From assembly GCA_963718895.1 (NCBI GenBank), contig CAVRAG010000008.1, positions 512,001-576,000 of the forward strand: a stretch of 64,000 nt of DNA. Direction: 5' to 3'. Within the stretch, counting starts at the first letter, position 1, and the number at the start of each line of letters is the position of its first letter. This document shows, piece by piece, positions 9,022 through 20,276 of the stretch. The notes under the pieces are model-generated. The model was not told the DNA's origin, did no database searches, and saw nothing but the letters and a program-made list of their open reading frames with translations. A program made the position numbers and the translations under genes. The stretch is from an uncultured Nitrososphaerota archaeon (GTDB lineage: Archaea; Thermoproteota; Nitrososphaeria; Nitrososphaerales; Gagatemarchaeaceae).

Positions 9022-10725
9022 TCACTGCCTGAAATAGTCCTTGGCGTCGGTGCTCTTCGTAACTATCGACTTTATCCGCTCGATTTCCGTCTTCTCGAGC
9101 TTCTTGAAGAGAATCTCGGGCTTCTCGATGACCACCCTCTCCAGCGGGAGAGAGACGTCTTTCCACTCTGGCCTGGCGTCGAGCTTGAGGAACCCGTAGA
9201 TCCTCCTCGACGATTCGGGGAGATAGGGGTCCAGCAGGACGGCCAAGACCCTGCAGATGCTCACGCACGAGTAGATGACCTGCCTGCACCTCTCCCGGTC
9301 CTGTTTTATCAACACCCAGGGCTGACTCCTCTGGAAGTACTCGTTGCCGATCGTCGCGATCTGCAGGATGTTCTTCATGGCGTCACGTATCCTGACTTCT
9401 CGGAGCGCCTGGTCGGCCTCCGCTACCTCGGCGAGGACCTTCCGCTGGATCTCTCTGTCCTCCTCTTCGAGATCTACCGGCTCGACTACGCCGCCGAGGA
9501 AGTTCGAGGTGAACGTCAGCGTCCTGTGGACGAAGTTGCCGATGTTGGCCACGAGCTCGTTGTTGACCCGGTTCTCGAACTCGTCCCACTTGAACTCGGT
9601 GTCCTTGGTCTCGGGGATGAGGTAGGTGAGGTAGTACCTCCAGATGTCAGGTGCGAGCCCCGACTCGACGACCTTCTCGCAGAATATGCCCCAGTTCCTC
9701 GATTTTGAGATCTTGTCGCCTTCGTAGTTGCAGTACTGGAGCCCGACGACGTCGTAGGGCAGGTTGAAGTCGCCGTGGGCCATCAGCATCCCCGGCCAGA
9801 AGATGGTGTGGAACGGGATGTTGTCCTTCCCGAGGAAGTTGTAGACCGTCGTGCTTGGGTCGAGCCAGTAGGGCTTCCAGGCCTCCGGGTCTCCGGACCT
9901 CTGCGCCCACTCCTTCGTCGAGGAGATGTATCCTATCGGCGCGTCGAACCAGACGTAGAATATCTTGTCCTCGTACCCCTTCAGGGGGACAGGGACTCCC
10001 CATTTCAGGTCCCTTGTGATGCTCCTCTTCTTCAGGCCTTCGTCTATCCAGGCGAGCGCCAGAGAGGTGACCTGCCTCCTCCAGAGCTCCTTCGATCTTA
10101 TCCAGCTCTCTAGGCTCGCCTCCACCTTGCCGAGCTCGAGGAACAGGTTGTCGCTGTCCCGGAATACTGGGGTGCTGCCGTCGATCTTGCATTTCGGGTC
10201 TATGAGCTGCGACGGCTCGAGGAGGGTCGCGCAGTTCTCGCACTGGTCGCCGCGCGCAAACTCATACCCGCAGACGGGGCAGGTGCCCTGGATGTACCGG
10301 TCCGCGAGGAAGAGCCTGTCGTGCTCGCAGTAGGGCAGGCGGAGCACGCCCGCCGAGACGAAGCCCTTCTCGTAGATCCTCAGGAAGAAGTCCTGCGTGG
10401 TCCTGTGGTGGACCGGGAGGGAGGTCCTCGAGAAGTTGTCGTAGGATATCTCGAACCAGTCGTAGATGCGCTTGTGGACAGCGTAGAACACGTCCGTGAG
10501 CCGCTGGGTCGAGACCTTGAGCTCCAGGGCGGCGACCTCCGTAGGGGTCCCGTTCTCGTCGGCGCCCCCGATGAGCAGGGTCTCGTATCCCTTGAGCCTG
10601 CAGTACCTGGCGAAGATGTCGGCCGGGAGGTGCGAACCCACTATGTTCCCGACGTGCGGGACCGCGTTCGTGTAGGGCAGGGCGCACAGCACGAGGACGC
10701 GCTTCTTCCCGCTCTCGCTCGACAA
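9022..10725 (-). CDS. metG: Methionine--tRNA ligase
   Basis: ALPYTN..PHVGN (HIGH), Zn knuckles, YVWFDA, GKDNIPFH, KISKS. Confidence 0.95.
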   Translation of the reverse strand: MSSESGKKRVLVLCALPYTNAVPHVGNIVGSHLPADIFARYCRLKGYETLLIGGADENGTPTEVAALELKVSTQRLTDVFYAVHKRIYDWFEISYDNFSRTSLPVHHRTTQDFFLRIYEKGFVSAGVLRLPYCEHDRLFLADRYIQGTCPVCGYEFARGDQCENCATLLEPSQLIDPKCKIDGSTPVFRDSDNLFLELGKVEASLESWIRSKELWRRQVTSLALAWIDEGLKKRSITRDLKWGVPVPLKGYEDKIFYVWFDAPIGYISSTKEWAQRSGDPEAWKPYWLDPSTTVYNFLGKDNIPFHTIFWPGMLMAHGDFNLPYDVVGLQYCNYEGDKISKSRNWGIFCEKVVESGLAPDIWRYYLTYLIPETKDTEFKWDEFENRVNNELVANIGNFVHRTLTFTSNFLGGVVEPVDLEEEDREIQRKVLAEVAEADQALREVRIRDAMKNILQIATIGNEYFQRSQPWVLIKQDRERCRQVIYSCVSICRVLAVLLDPYLPESSRRIYGFLKLDARPEWKDVSLPLERVVIEKPEILFKKLEKTEIERIKSIVTKSTDAKDYFRQ

Positions 10726-10739
10726 GTGAATCCTTCTTC

Positions 10740-11972
10740 CTAGGTCTTCCAGCTCTCGGCATACTTCAGCTGAGCCTTCGTGGCCCTGTCTATGGAGATG
10801 CCCAGGGAATCAAGGGTCGCAAGAGCCACCTGGCTCTCTATCTCAGGAGGGACATCCAGGACCCTGGCCACGAGGTTGGAGTGGTTCTTCAGGACGTACA
10901 GCGCGCACATGAACTGGTTGGCGAACGACATCTGCATGACCTCCGGCGGGTGTCCCTCCGCCGCTACAAGGTTCACTATCCTTCCTTTGGCCAGGAGGTA
11001 GACCTTCTTGCCGTCTGGGAGGACGACCTCGTCGACGTTCGGCCTCACGCCCCGGACGGACTTGGCCTTGCGCAGGAGGGTCTTGACGTCTATCTCGACG
11101 TCGAAGTGTCCCGCGTTCGAGAGTATCGCCCCATCCCTCATGAGCTCGACGGCCGAGTACGGGATGACATCCTTCATCCCGGTGCAGGTGATGAACACCT
11201 CGCCCCTGCGTGCGGCCTCCCTGATCGACGCGACCTCGAAACCGTCGAGGTGGGCCTCCAGCGACTTTATCGGGTCGACCTCCACGACGGTCACCCTCGC
11301 GCCGAGTCCGGCTGCTCTCTTGGCGACCCCCTTCCCGACCCACCCGTACCCGACGACCACCACCGCCTTCCCGGCGATGAGCAGCGCCGTCGCCCTCAGT
11401 ATCCCGTCGAAGGTGCTCTGCCCTGTGCCGTAGCGGTTGTCGAAAAGGTGCTTGGTCTTGGCGTTGTTTATCGCGATGATAGGATACCCCAGCTTGCCCT
11501 CCCTCTCCAGAGCGGTGATCCTCACGACGCCAGTCGTGGTCTCCTCACAGCCTCCGAGGACGCTGTCGAGCCGGGCGGACATCGCTGCGACGTGCAGGTC
11601 GGCTCCGTCATCTATCAGTATCTTCGGCTTCTGGGCCACTACCTGCTTGATGCACCACTCGTATTCCTTCGCCGTCTGCCCCTTCCAGGCCCAGACCTCG
11701 GCCTCCCTCGCGAGGAAGGCGGCTATGTCGTCCTGGGTCGAGAGCGGGTTCGCTGCGGCGAGCTTGACGTCGGCCCCCGCCTTTGCCAGTGCGTCGACGA
11801 GGACGGACGTCTCCTTGGTGACGTGCAGGCAGACCCCGACGGTCACCCCCTTGAGCGGCTTTCCCTTGGAGTAGCGCTCGGATAGAGTGTTGAGGGCGAC
11901 CATGTGGTTCTTCGCCCAGAGGAAGTTCCTCTCCCCTTCCTCGGCGAGTCTAGAATCGGCTATCTTTCCCAT
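10740..11972 (-). CDS. ahcY: Adenosylhomocysteinase
   Basis: NPLSTQD, EETTTG, FDNRYGTGQS, GHFDVE, GHPPEVM. Confidence 0.95.
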   Translation of the reverse strand: MGKIADSRLAEEGERNFLWAKNHMVALNTLSERYSKGKPLKGVTVGVCLHVTKETSVLVDALAKAGADVKLAAANPLSTQDDIAAFLAREAEVWAWKGQTAKEYEWCIKQVVAQKPKILIDDGADLHVAAMSARLDSVLGGCEETTTGVVRITALEREGKLGYPIIAINNAKTKHLFDNRYGTGQSTFDGILRATALLIAGKAVVVVGYGWVGKGVAKRAAGLGARVTVVEVDPIKSLEAHLDGFEVASIREAARRGEVFITCTGMKDVIPYSAVELMRDGAILSNAGHFDVEIDVKTLLRKAKSVRGVRPNVDEVVLPDGKKVYLLAKGRIVNLVAAEGHPPEVMQMSFANQFMCALYVLKNHSNLVARVLDVPPEIESQVALATLDSLGISIDRATKAQLKYAESWKT

Positions 11973-12017
11973 TTCTGAGTTCGCGGCTCTGGCGCGCCCA
12001 CCATTATTAAAATGCGA

Positions 12018-12723
12018 TTAGGCGTACTCGATCGCCCGTTCGACCAGCCTCTTGATGCGGGGGGAGTTCCTGCTCATCATAGCCACGACCTCCTCGTGCG
12101 AGATCCTGTCCTGGATGCCTGCGGCCCTGTTTGTCCCGACCACAACGGAAGAGTATCGCATCCCCAGCTCGTTCGCGAGGATGGCCTCGGGAGCCCCGGT
12201 CATTCCTACGACGTCGGCCCCGAGAAGCCCGAACATCCGGATCTCCGGCGGCAGTCTCGTACCTCGGCCCGTCGACCGAGAGATAGACGAGGCCGGCGGT
12301 CAGTCTGATCCGCAGAGCGGAGGCGGCCCCCAGGATGAGGGTCTGAAGCTCGGGGTCATAGGGGTGCGTCATGTCGACGTGTACGGGTCGCCGGTCGAAG
12401 AAGGTGAGGTGCCTCTTCGACAGGTCGATGAACTGGTCGAGCAGACCCAGCCCGCCCACGGGAAGCTTGCCGCTGATCGATCCCACCGCAGAGGTCGCTA
12501 TCACGCGCTCGACGCCGGCATCCTTGAGCGCCCGCAGGTTGGCCTTGAAGTTGATGCGGTGTGGGGGCATCGAGTGGTCCGGTCCGTGCCGAGGGAGGAA
12601 CAGAAACTCGCGCCCCGCCGCCGTGCAGGGGTACATCCTCGCCTCGCCGTAGGGGGTCTTGGCGCGCACCTCCGCCGCGATGGGGAATAGGTCGTGCATT
12701 CCGCTGCCCGCTATGACCGCCAT
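12018..12723 (-). CDS. MTAP/PNP-family nucleoside phosphorylase, MTIP/6-oxopurine type; frameshift near 12245
   Basis: RHG, HVDMT.PY, GPRYET; the C-terminus (ADVVGMT..PE, GTNRAAG) continues in another frame. Confidence 0.8.
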
Positions 12724-12765
12724 GGGGGCGCGGTGAGTCTTCCGGCTCTGGCGCCTCTTCAGACC

Positions 12766-13311
12766 CTACTCATCCTCTGAGGCGTACTGGACCAGCGAGA
12801 AGACCTCGTAGCGGCCGAGCTTCTCCCGCCCGTGCAGGAACACCAGTTCGACCACGAAGGCGAGCCCGACGACCGTCCCGCCCATCCGCTCGACCAGCCT
12901 GGTGGCAGCCAGCGCGGTGCCTGCGGTCGCCATCAGGTCGTCGACGATTAGGACGTGTTCGCCGGACTGGACGGAGTCCTTGTGCATCTCGAGCCCGTCC
13001 ATCCGGTACTCGAGCTGGTACTCCTCCGTGATCCTCTCGGCCGGCAGCTTTCCCAGCTTCCTCGCCGGTATGAACCCCACGCCGAACCGCTCCGCCAGGA
13101 GAGCGCCGAAGACGAAGCCTCTCGCCTCTATGCCCAGGACCTTGTCGACCCTCCTGTCCTTGAAGTGGTCGTGTATCTCCTCGACGCTCTTGACCAGAAG
13201 CGGCTCGTCCTTCCAGAGGGTGGTGATGTCCCTGAAGACGATCCCTTTCTTGGGGAAATCCGGGACCCTGCGGATGGAGTTCTTCATCCGGAGGGCGAGG
13301 TCCGCGTCCAT
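12766..13311 (-). CDS. apt: Adenine phosphoribosyltransferase
   Basis: PDFPKKGIVFRDIT, EARGF, VDDLMATAGT. Confidence 0.95.
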   Translation of the reverse strand: MDADLALRMKNSIRRVPDFPKKGIVFRDITTLWKDEPLLVKSVEEIHDHFKDRRVDKVLGIEARGFVFGALLAERFGVGFIPARKLGKLPAERITEEYQLEYRMDGLEMHKDSVQSGEHVLIVDDLMATAGTALAATRLVERMGGTVVGLAFVVELVFLHGREKLGRYEVFSLVQYASEDE

Positions 13312-14114
13312 CAGACCTTCAGCCTCGCGTTCTCCAGGGCCGACCCGCACGGGCAGGACCGCTTCTCGGGTATCTCCCCGACCATCTCCATGATGAGTTT
13401 CCTCAGGTTCTCAAGGTTCTGGTTGAAGATCCTGATCACTCCCTCGTGGGAGACCGGTTTGACGCTGGGGTCTCCCTCGAGCCCCGAGTCGTAGTCCGTG
13501 ACGAGTGAGATGTTCACGTAGCACATCTCGAGCTCCCGGGCGAGGACGACTTCGGGATACTGCGTCATGTTGATCACGTCCCAGCCCTGCTCCCTGAAGA
13601 ACCGGCTCTCGGACTTGGTCGAGAATCGGGGGCCCTGGATCACAACGACGGTCCCACGGGGATAGAACGGGATGCCGAGCTTCTCCGCTGCCTCGCAGGC
13701 GATCGTCCTCAGCTCCGGGCAGTAGGGGTCGGCTGTGCTGATGTGGGTGGTCTCGGGGCCGTCGAAGAAGGTGTCCTTCCTGCCTGTCGTGAAGTGGACG
13801 AACTGGTCGCATATCACAAATTCGCCGGGCTTCCTCTGCGGATCCAGGCTCCCCACCGCGCAGGGACCGATCACCCGCTCGACGCCGACCTGCCTGAAGG
13901 CCGAGAGATTCGCCCGGTACGGGACCATGTGAGGGGGAAACTGGTGCTGTTCGCCGTGTCTCGGGATGAACGCGACGTCCTGCGACCCGACCCTGGAGAG
14001 CTTCAGCGGGGAGCTCGGAGGCCCGTAGGGCGTCTCCACCTCCAGCTCCTCGTACTCCTTCAGGAACTTGTAGAACCCGGATCCGCCGAAGATGCCCAGT
14101 CTCGCCCGTTTCAC
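13311..14114 (-). CDS. mtnP: S-methyl-5'-thioadenosine phosphorylase
   Basis: GGSG, RHG, QGPRFST.SES, INMT.YPE, VTDYD. Confidence 0.9.
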   Translation of the reverse strand: MKRARLGIFGGSGFYKFLKEYEELEVETPYGPPSSPLKLSRVGSQDVAFIPRHGEQHQFPPHMVPYRANLSAFRQVGVERVIGPCAVGSLDPQRKPGEFVICDQFVHFTTGRKDTFFDGPETTHISTADPYCPELRTIACEAAEKLGIPFYPRGTVVVIQGPRFSTKSESRFFREQGWDVINMTQYPEVVLARELEMCYVNISLVTDYDSGLEGDPSVKPVSHEGVIRIFNQNLENLRKLIMEMVGEIPEKRSCPCGSALENARLKV

Positions 14115-14219
14115 AGTGGTCCTCCGGCTTTGAGTGCTTAAAATCTTTGAAAGGGCAGACGACCGTTCTCTGCCTCGGTCAGACACACTTTATCCGCAGG
14201 CCTGCCAGTCGAACCCCCC

Positions 14220-14987
14220 TTGGCCGCAGGCGACTTCGGCAGGATCGCGGAGATCTATGACGCCACCAGGTCGCTCCCTGAGGAGGAGATGCGCCTTCTC
14301 GTTGATGCGCTCGCGACCGTGGTCCCAGGGAGCGGTCCAATCGTCGACCTAGGTGTCGGGACGGGTCGGTTTGCCAAGCCCCTTCAGGATAGGGGGTACG
14401 AGGTGATGGGCATCGACCTCTCCAAGGGAATGATGGTCAAGGCGAAGGTGAAGGGAGTTCGCGAGCTCTTCTTCGCGGACATCGAGAGGATTCCTTTCAG
14501 GGACGAGGTCTTCGAGGCAGCCCTGCTCGTGCACGTCCTCCATCTGGTCGGGGACTGGCGGGCGGTGGTGAGGGAGGCGGCCAGGGTATCGCGTGGCTCG
14601 GTCATCTCGGTCATCGAGGCCGGTGAAGGAAACGGCCGAGACGTGATGAGGGACGAATACAGGGAGATGAGGGTTGCGATGGGGTATCCGCTCAATCGCT
14701 TCGAGAAGGGCGAGGGGGGACTCCGTGAGAAGGTGCCACCGGCCAGGGTCATCCCGGTCGTTGAGGCAGAACGCGTGGCGCACGCGGACGATGAGATCCG
14801 GCACCTGGAAGCAAGGGGCCAGTCGCTCACCTGGGACGTCCCGGAGGAGACTCACAAGAGGATAATCATGGAGCTGACCGCAAAGCACGGCGGCACCGAG
14901 CTGCGCTCGAAGAGCAGGATAGAGGTCGCGGTCTGGTCGGCAACGGGTCTCCGGCAGCTAGACCTTACGAGCCACCAGAAGGGTTGA
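14220..14987 (+). CDS. Class I SAM-dependent methyltransferase
   Basis: VDLGVGTG, GIDLS..M, ADIERIPF..F motifs. Confidence 0.85.
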   Translation: MAAGDFGRIAEIYDATRSLPEEEMRLLVDALATVVPGSGPIVDLGVGTGRFAKPLQDRGYEVMGIDLSKGMMVKAKVKGVRELFFADIERIPFRDEVFEAALLVHVLHLVGDWRAVVREAARVSRGSVISVIEAGEGNGRDVMRDEYREMRVAMGYPLNRFEKGEGGLREKVPPARVIPVVEAERVAHADDEIRHLEARGQSLTWDVPEETHKRIIMELTAKHGGTELRSKSRIEVAVWSATGLRQLDLTSHQKG

Positions 14988-15017
14988 AATACTCGCCGGC
15001 GACGAACGGGAAATCCG

Positions 15018-15434
15018 TTGAGCAGAGAATACGACGAGCTCCTTTCGAGGGCGCAGGCGGGGCTCCAGAAGATATCGACCAAGTCCTCACTCAACAGGCT
15101 GGAGCTTCCCGAGCCCCAGGTCATCTGGGTCGGCAAGAAGACCATCCTCAGGAACTACTCCGAGTTCCCCAAGCTCTTCAGGAGGGACCCTGACAGGGTC
15201 CTGATGTACCTAGCCAAGGAGCTCGCGACCGCCGCCTCCATCGACGGGGAAAGGGCCATCTTCATCGGCAGGAAGGACAAGGCCTCGTTCATGCAGCTGT
15301 TCCAGAAGTACATGTCGGACAACGTGACGTGCCCGGTCTGCGGCAGCCCGGACACGCGGATTGAGACGGTTAGCAGGCTCCACTTCAGGGTCTGCGAGGC
15401 GTGCGGGGCACGCTCATCAGCCAAGGTAAACTAA
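15018..15434 (+). CDS. eif2b: Translation initiation factor aIF-2 beta
   Basis: YDELL.RA, L.KELAT, C-terminal CPVCGSPDT..CEACGA. Confidence 0.92.
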   Translation: MSREYDELLSRAQAGLQKISTKSSLNRLELPEPQVIWVGKKTILRNYSEFPKLFRRDPDRVLMYLAKELATAASIDGERAIFIGRKDKASFMQLFQKYMSDNVTCPVCGSPDTRIETVSRLHFRVCEACGARSSAKVN

Positions 15435-15435
15435 C

Positions 15436-15747
15436 ATGTCCGACGGCGGCCTCTCGGTAAGGAGCATGAGCTGGAAGGATACCACGCTGATCAATATCTG
15501 CGACGTCGACCTCATCGGGAGGACCCTGAACGAGGGCAAGCTGGAGATGCACATCTCCCGAGAGTACTTTGGCGGGCAGATAGTGGACAGCACCGAGGCG
15601 CTCCGGATGATGAAGGCCTCGTCGATCGTGAACCTCGCGGGCGAGCGGGCCGTCGACATCGCGCTGGTCAACAAGCTGGGGGCCGAACAGGCGGTCAGGC
15701 GGATAGAGGGCGTCCCCTTTCTGATGATCTACAAGTTCTCTTACTGA
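15436..15747 (+). CDS. DUF424 family protein
   Basis: ICD.DLIG...YFGG, VNLAG...V, IEGVP; typical neighbour of aIF-2beta. Confidence 0.8.
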   Translation: MSDGGLSVRSMSWKDTTLINICDVDLIGRTLNEGKLEMHISREYFGGQIVDSTEALRMMKASSIVNLAGERAVDIALVNKLGAEQAVRRIEGVPFLMIYKFSY

Positions 15748-16835
15748 AGCTTCCCTTCCTCCAGCACCTTGCGCAGCAGGTCCTTCTGCTTGCCGCTGAG
15801 GCTCTTCGGGATGAAGATGTTCGCGATTACGTACTCGTCGCCGTTGCCGTGGTGGCCTAGCTTGGGAAGACCCTTGCCCTTGATCCTGAACTCGTGTCCA
15901 AGCGGTGTCCCGGCGGGGATGTCGAGGTTGACGTCGCCGTAGAGCGTGGGGACGCGCACGTTCGTCCCGAGCATCGCCTCGACGGCGCTCAGGCGGGTCT
16001 CGACGAAGAGATCAGCGTCCCTCCTCCTGTAGACCGGGTGGTCCGGAATGCTGATCACGACGTAGAGGTCGCCGGACGGGGTCCCTCTCGGCCCTGCCTC
16101 GCCCTCGCCTCTGAGGCGGAGAGTGTGGCCGTTGTCCACTCCGGCCGGAATCTCCAATCTAATCTTCCTGGTCCGCCGCACGACCCCGCGCCCCCTGCAC
16201 TCCCTGCAGGGAGTGTCAATTATGGAGCCTCGGCCGCCGCACTTGCCGCATGTCTCGACCCGGATGAAGCGGGCAAACCCGGCGTTCTGCATCCTCTGGA
16301 CCTGGCCGGCGCCGCCACACTGCGGGCAGGTGCGGGGCGATGTCCCCGGCGCCGCCCCGCTTCCCGCGCAGACGGGACACGCCTCGTCCCGCGGAATCTC
16401 GACCTCGCGTGTTGTGTCCCTGACTGTGTCCTCCAGCCGCATCTGCACGCGGACGGAGAGGTCGCTCCCGCGCTGAGGTCCCCGCCTTGCGCCTCCGCCG
16501 AAGAGCTGGCTGAAGATGTCATCGAAGCCCCCGAATCCCGTCCCCCGGAAGACGTCCGAGAAGTCGGTCCCTCTGAATATGTCCTCCTCCGATCCGTACC
16601 TCTGGTAGACGCCCTCCCTCCCTGAGACGTCGTACTGCCTCCGCTTGTCGTCGTCCGAGAGTACGGCGTAGGCCTCGGAAATCTGCTTGAACCTCTCCTC
16701 CGCCCCCGGGTCCTTGTTCCGGTCCGGGTGGTACTGAAGGGCGAGCTTCCGGTAGGCGGCCTTGATGTCGTCCTTCGGAGCGTCCCTCTTCACTCCTAGG
16801 ATATCATAGAAGTCCTGGGAGGGAGAGCCGCTCAT
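15741..16835 (-). CDS. dnaJ: Chaperone DnaJ
   Basis: J-domain with HPD, G/F-rich region, four CxxCxGxG repeats. Confidence 0.96.
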   Translation of the reverse strand: MSGSPSQDFYDILGVKRDAPKDDIKAAYRKLALQYHPDRNKDPGAEERFKQISEAYAVLSDDDKRRQYDVSGREGVYQRYGSEEDIFRGTDFSDVFRGTGFGGFDDIFSQLFGGGARRGPQRGSDLSVRVQMRLEDTVRDTTREVEIPRDEACPVCAGSGAAPGTSPRTCPQCGGAGQVQRMQNAGFARFIRVETCGKCGGRGSIIDTPCRECRGRGVVRRTRKIRLEIPAGVDNGHTLRLRGEGEAGPRGTPSGDLYVVISIPDHPVYRRRDADLFVETRLSAVEAMLGTNVRVPTLYGDVNLDIPAGTPLGHEFRIKGKGLPKLGHHGNGDEYVIANIFIPKSLSGKQKDLLRKVLEEGKLQ

Positions 16836-16847
16836 GTAGTCCGGCGC

Positions 16848-18734
16848 CTATTTCTTGTCGTCTTCGACTACTTTGTAGTCGGCGTCGGTGACCTTCCCGT
16901 CCTCGGACGGCTCCTCGGGTCCGCCAGGAGGCGCGCCGCCGGGCTGGGGCCTCTGGGACGCCTGGGCCTGCTCGGCGGCCTTCTGGTAGACGGCGGACCC
17001 GATATCCTGCAGGGTCTTCCGCAGCGACTCCGTCTTGGACTTGACCTCTCCAAAGTCCTTGCTCTCGATCACCTTGCGGAGGTCCCTCGATGCCGCGTCG
17101 ATCTTGCCGACGTCGGCGTCGCTGATCTTGCCCGTGAGGTCGGTCTTGGTCTTCTCGGCCGTGTAGAGCAGGGAGTCCGCGTCGTTGAGCAGCTGCGCCT
17201 CCTCCATCTTCTTCTTGTCCTGGTCCGCGTACTGCTCGGCGTCCCTGACCATCTTCTCCTTCTCTTCCTTCGAGAGCTTCGTCGAGGCGCTGATCGTTAT
17301 CTTCGCCTCCTTTCCGGTCCCGAGGTCCTTGGCGGCCACGTTGAGAATCCCGCTGGCGTCGATCTCAAAGCCGACCTCGACCTGCGGCACTCCCCTGGGT
17401 GCGGGAGGAATCCCGGCCAGGTTGAACATCCCCAGCGATATGTTGTCGGCAGCCATCGCCCGTTCTCCCTGTAGGACGTGGATCGTCACGGTCGTCTGGA
17501 AGTCTGCCGCCGTCGAGAAGACCTGGGTCCTCTTGGTCGGGATCGTGGTGTTCTTCTCCACGACCTTGGTCATGATCCCACCCAGCGTCTCGACGCCGAG
17601 CGAGAGCGGCGTGACGTCGAGGAGGAGGATGTCCTTGACCTCGCCAGCCAGCACACCTCCCTGGATCGCCGCACCTATGGCGACGGCCTCCATCGGGTCG
17701 ACTCCTCTCTCGGCCGACTTGCCCATCACGTCCTCGACGGTCTTCCTGACGAGGGGCATGCGGGTCATGCCTCCGATGAGGATGACCTTCTGGATGTCCT
17801 TGATCTCGAGCTTCGCGTCGTGGACGACCCTCTTGATCGGCGACTCGATCTTCTCGACGATCGGTCTGGCGAGCTCCTCGAGCTTCGCCCGCGTCAGCGT
17901 GTAGTGGAGGTTCTTCGCTCCCGTCGAGTCGCTCGCGACGAACGGGAGGTCGATGTCCGTAGTTATCACGTTCGAGAGCTCTATCTTCGCCCTCTCCGCG
18001 GCTTCCTTGAGTCTCGCCATGGCGGTGCGGTCGTTCCTCAGGTCGATGCCCATCTTCGCCTTGAAGTCTTCGAGGAGGAGGTTGACTATCGAGTAGTCGA
18101 TGTCGGCCCCTCCGGTCTGCGTGTCGCCTGACGTCGCGAGGACCTGGAAGACTCCGCCTCCGAACTCCATCACCGTGACGTCGTGGGTACCGCCGCCGAA
18201 GCTGAAGACGAGCACCTTCATCTCCTTCTCCGTCTTGTCGAGGCCGAACGCGAGGCATGCGGCGGTCGGCTCGTTGATGATCCGGACGACCTCCAGGCCC
18301 GCTATCTCGCCTGCGTCCTTGGTCGCCTGCCTCTGGTTGTCGTTGAAGTGGGCGGGGACGGTTATGACCGCCTTCTTCACAGGGTAGCCGAGGAATGTCT
18401 CGGCGTCCTTCTTGATCTTCTGCAGGATGAACGAGCTGATCTGCTGCGGGTTGAAGACCTTCCCCTGCAGGCGGATCGTGTAGTCGGTGCCCATCTTCCG
18501 CTTTATCTCGAAGACCGTTCCCTCCGGGTTGGCGACGACCTGCCTCTTCGCGGGCTCGCCGACGAGGAGGGTGCCGTCGTTGGTGAACGCGACCACTGAC
18601 GGGAACATCTTCCCGGCCGCGGTCGGGCCTTCGGCGCTCGGGATTACCACCGGGCGACCAGCTTCCAGGACCGCGGCGGCCGAGTTGGTCGTGCCGAGGT
18701 CGATTCCGATTATCTTCTCTCTTGGTGTGCTCAT
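16848..18734 (-). CDS. dnaK: Chaperone DnaK
   Basis: [35 protein letters not shown]. Confidence 0.97.
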   Translation of the reverse strand: MSTPREKIIGIDLGTTNSAAAVLEAGRPVVIPSAEGPTAAGKMFPSVVAFTNDGTLLVGEPAKRQVVANPEGTVFEIKRKMGTDYTIRLQGKVFNPQQISSFILQKIKKDAETFLGYPVKKAVITVPAHFNDNQRQATKDAGEIAGLEVVRIINEPTAACLAFGLDKTEKEMKVLVFSFGGGTHDVTVMEFGGGVFQVLATSGDTQTGGADIDYSIVNLLLEDFKAKMGIDLRNDRTAMARLKEAAERAKIELSNVITTDIDLPFVASDSTGAKNLHYTLTRAKLEELARPIVEKIESPIKRVVHDAKLEIKDIQKVILIGGMTRMPLVRKTVEDVMGKSAERGVDPMEAVAIGAAIQGGVLAGEVKDILLLDVTPLSLGVETLGGIMTKVVEKNTTIPTKRTQVFSTAADFQTTVTIHVLQGERAMAADNISLGMFNLAGIPPAPRGVPQVEVGFEIDASGILNVAAKDLGTGKEAKITISASTKLSKEEKEKMVRDAEQYADQDKKKMEEAQLLNDADSLLYTAEKTKTDLTGKISDADVGKIDAASRDLRKVIESKDFGEVKSKTESLRKTLQDIGSAVYQKAAEQAQASQRPQPGGAPPGGPEEPSEDGKVTDADYKVVEDDKK

Positions 18735-19357
18735 CTTATTTCACTATCACTTTTCACTGCCGACTCCACCTTGACCAGGGTGGGGCGTAAGACCTTGTTC
18801 TTGAAGATGTAGCCTTTTCTGGTCTCGCCCACCACCATGTCAACCTTCGTCTCTGACCCGTCGACCCGCTCCACGGCTTCGTGCAGGTCGGGGTCGAACG
18901 GCATGCCGACAGCCTCTATGCTCTTCAGCCCTTCGCTCTCGAGGACCGCGCCGAGGTTCTTGCGGACCATGCCGACGCCCTCGAGCAGGCCCTTGGACTC
19001 GGGATTGGCCTCTGCAGAGCCGACGGCCAGATCAAGGTCGTCCAGGACGGGAAGCAGCTTCTTCATCAGCTCTCTCGTGGAGAAGTCCTCGGCGTCGCGC
19101 ATGTCGCGGTCGACCCGTTTCCTGTAGTTCTCGAAGTCGGCCTGCAGGTACTTCAGGCGGTTGAGGTGCTCCTCGCTCCTGCGCTTCTCCTCGTCCATGA
19201 GCTTCTGGGCCCTGTCCAGGTCTGCCTCGAGGTCCGAGTCGCGGTGCTTGTCCAGCTTCGACCTAAGCTCCTCCAACTCCTCGTCCCTCTCCTTGAGCTC
19301 CTGCCTCAACCTGATCACCTCGTCCTCCTCCCGGCCAGGGACGCGCTCATCTGGCAT
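18731..19357 (-). CDS. grpE: Nucleotide exchange factor GrpE
   Basis: [20 protein letters not shown]....VLRP. Confidence 0.95.
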   Translation of the reverse strand: MPDERVPGREEDEVIRLRQELKERDEELEELRSKLDKHRDSDLEADLDRAQKLMDEEKRRSEEHLNRLKYLQADFENYRKRVDRDMRDAEDFSTRELMKKLLPVLDDLDLAVGSAEANPESKGLLEGVGMVRKNLGAVLESEGLKSIEAVGMPFDPDLHEAVERVDGSETKVDMVVGETRKGYIFKNKVLRPTLVKVESAVKSDSEIR

Positions 19358-19414
19358 TCGACCCACCTGTCGTAGCATCCGGGTAATTAACAACACAGCG
19401 CATAGCAATCAAGC

Positions 19415-19439
19415 AGTATACAACGCCGCGTTGTATACT
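19415..19439. promoter_or_regulatory. Perfect 11-3-11 inverted repeat, candidate operator of grpE-dnaK-dnaJ
   Basis: AGTATACAACG-CCG-CGTTGTATACT directly downstream (minus strand) of an AT-rich TATA-like TTTATTA. Confidence 0.6.
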
Positions 19440-19514
19440 AATAAATTTTGCTAGCCATCCGCCGCGGGTGGGGATGCACAAGCCTTAACCGCACCTCCCC
19501 GTTCCTAGGTCAGC

Positions 19515-20276
19515 TTGAGAGAGGAACAACTCAGAGAGAGACTTCTGAGGTTCGAACGCGAAGGCAGGCGCCTCACGAAGGACTCCAACGAGAGGAAGGT
19601 CATGGAGGAGGTCTTCGACAGGGCGACTCTCTGGGCTATCAACCATCTTCTCAGCAACGGTCAGCTGGAGTACCTCAACGGAGTTGTCAACACGGGCAAG
19701 GAGGCGCGCGTCTACTGGGGCGTGGCCCGCGACGGGACGCCCAGGGCGGTAAAAATCTATCTCACAGCCTCGGCCGAGTTCAAGAAGCGGCTCAGGTACA
19801 TCGCCGGCGACAGAAGGTTCGCCAGGATCCCGAGCTCCTCGCGTGACATCGTCAACCTCTGGGTCCAGAAGGAGTACAAGAACCTCCAGCTGGCGGAGGA
19901 GGCGGGCATACGGGTCCCGAAGCCCTACGCCTTCAACGAGAACGTCCTGGTCACCGAGTACATCGGCGTACCGCCCGGCCACGCGCCAATCTTCGCCGAG
20001 GTCCAGGTGGACGAGGTTGACTACAGGTGGACCATGAAGATGGTGAAGAAGCTGTACACGAAGGCGGGCCTGGTCCACGCCGACCTCTCCGAGTACAACA
20101 TCTTCAAGCTCGAAGGCTACAGGGTCCTCTTCGACATGGGCTCGGCGGTCCTCACGACGCACCCGGAATCAAGGGAACTTCTGCTGAGGGACGTGACCAA
20201 TCTCGTCAACTTCTTCAGGAGGCGGGGAATTTATGAGAAGGCTCCCGAGGAGATAGTGGAGTCGATAATACCATGA
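19515..20276 (+). CDS. rio1: RIO1 family serine kinase
   Basis: TGKEA.VY, AVKIY, LVHADLSEYNI, FDMGSAV. Confidence 0.93.
   Translation: MREEQLRERLLRFEREGRRLTKDSNERKVMEEVFDRATLWAINHLLSNGQLEYLNGVVNTGKEARVYWGVARDGTPRAVKIYLTASAEFKKRLRYIAGDRRFARIPSSSRDIVNLWVQKEYKNLQLAEEAGIRVPKPYAFNENVLVTEYIGVPPGHAPIFAEVQVDEVDYRWTMKMVKKLYTKAGLVHADLSEYNIFKLEGYRVLFDMGSAVLTTHPESRELLLRDVTNLVNFFRRRGIYEKAPEEIVESIIP

Noticed and set aside
4881-18258. Long antisense or alternate-frame ORFs (e.g. 4881-6014, 10881-11885, 17365-18258)
   Set aside because: Shadow ORFs of high-GC3 housekeeping genes.
19415-19439. CIRCE/HrcA element
   Set aside because: Does not match TTAGCACTC-N9-GAGTGCTAA; reported as an unknown operator instead.
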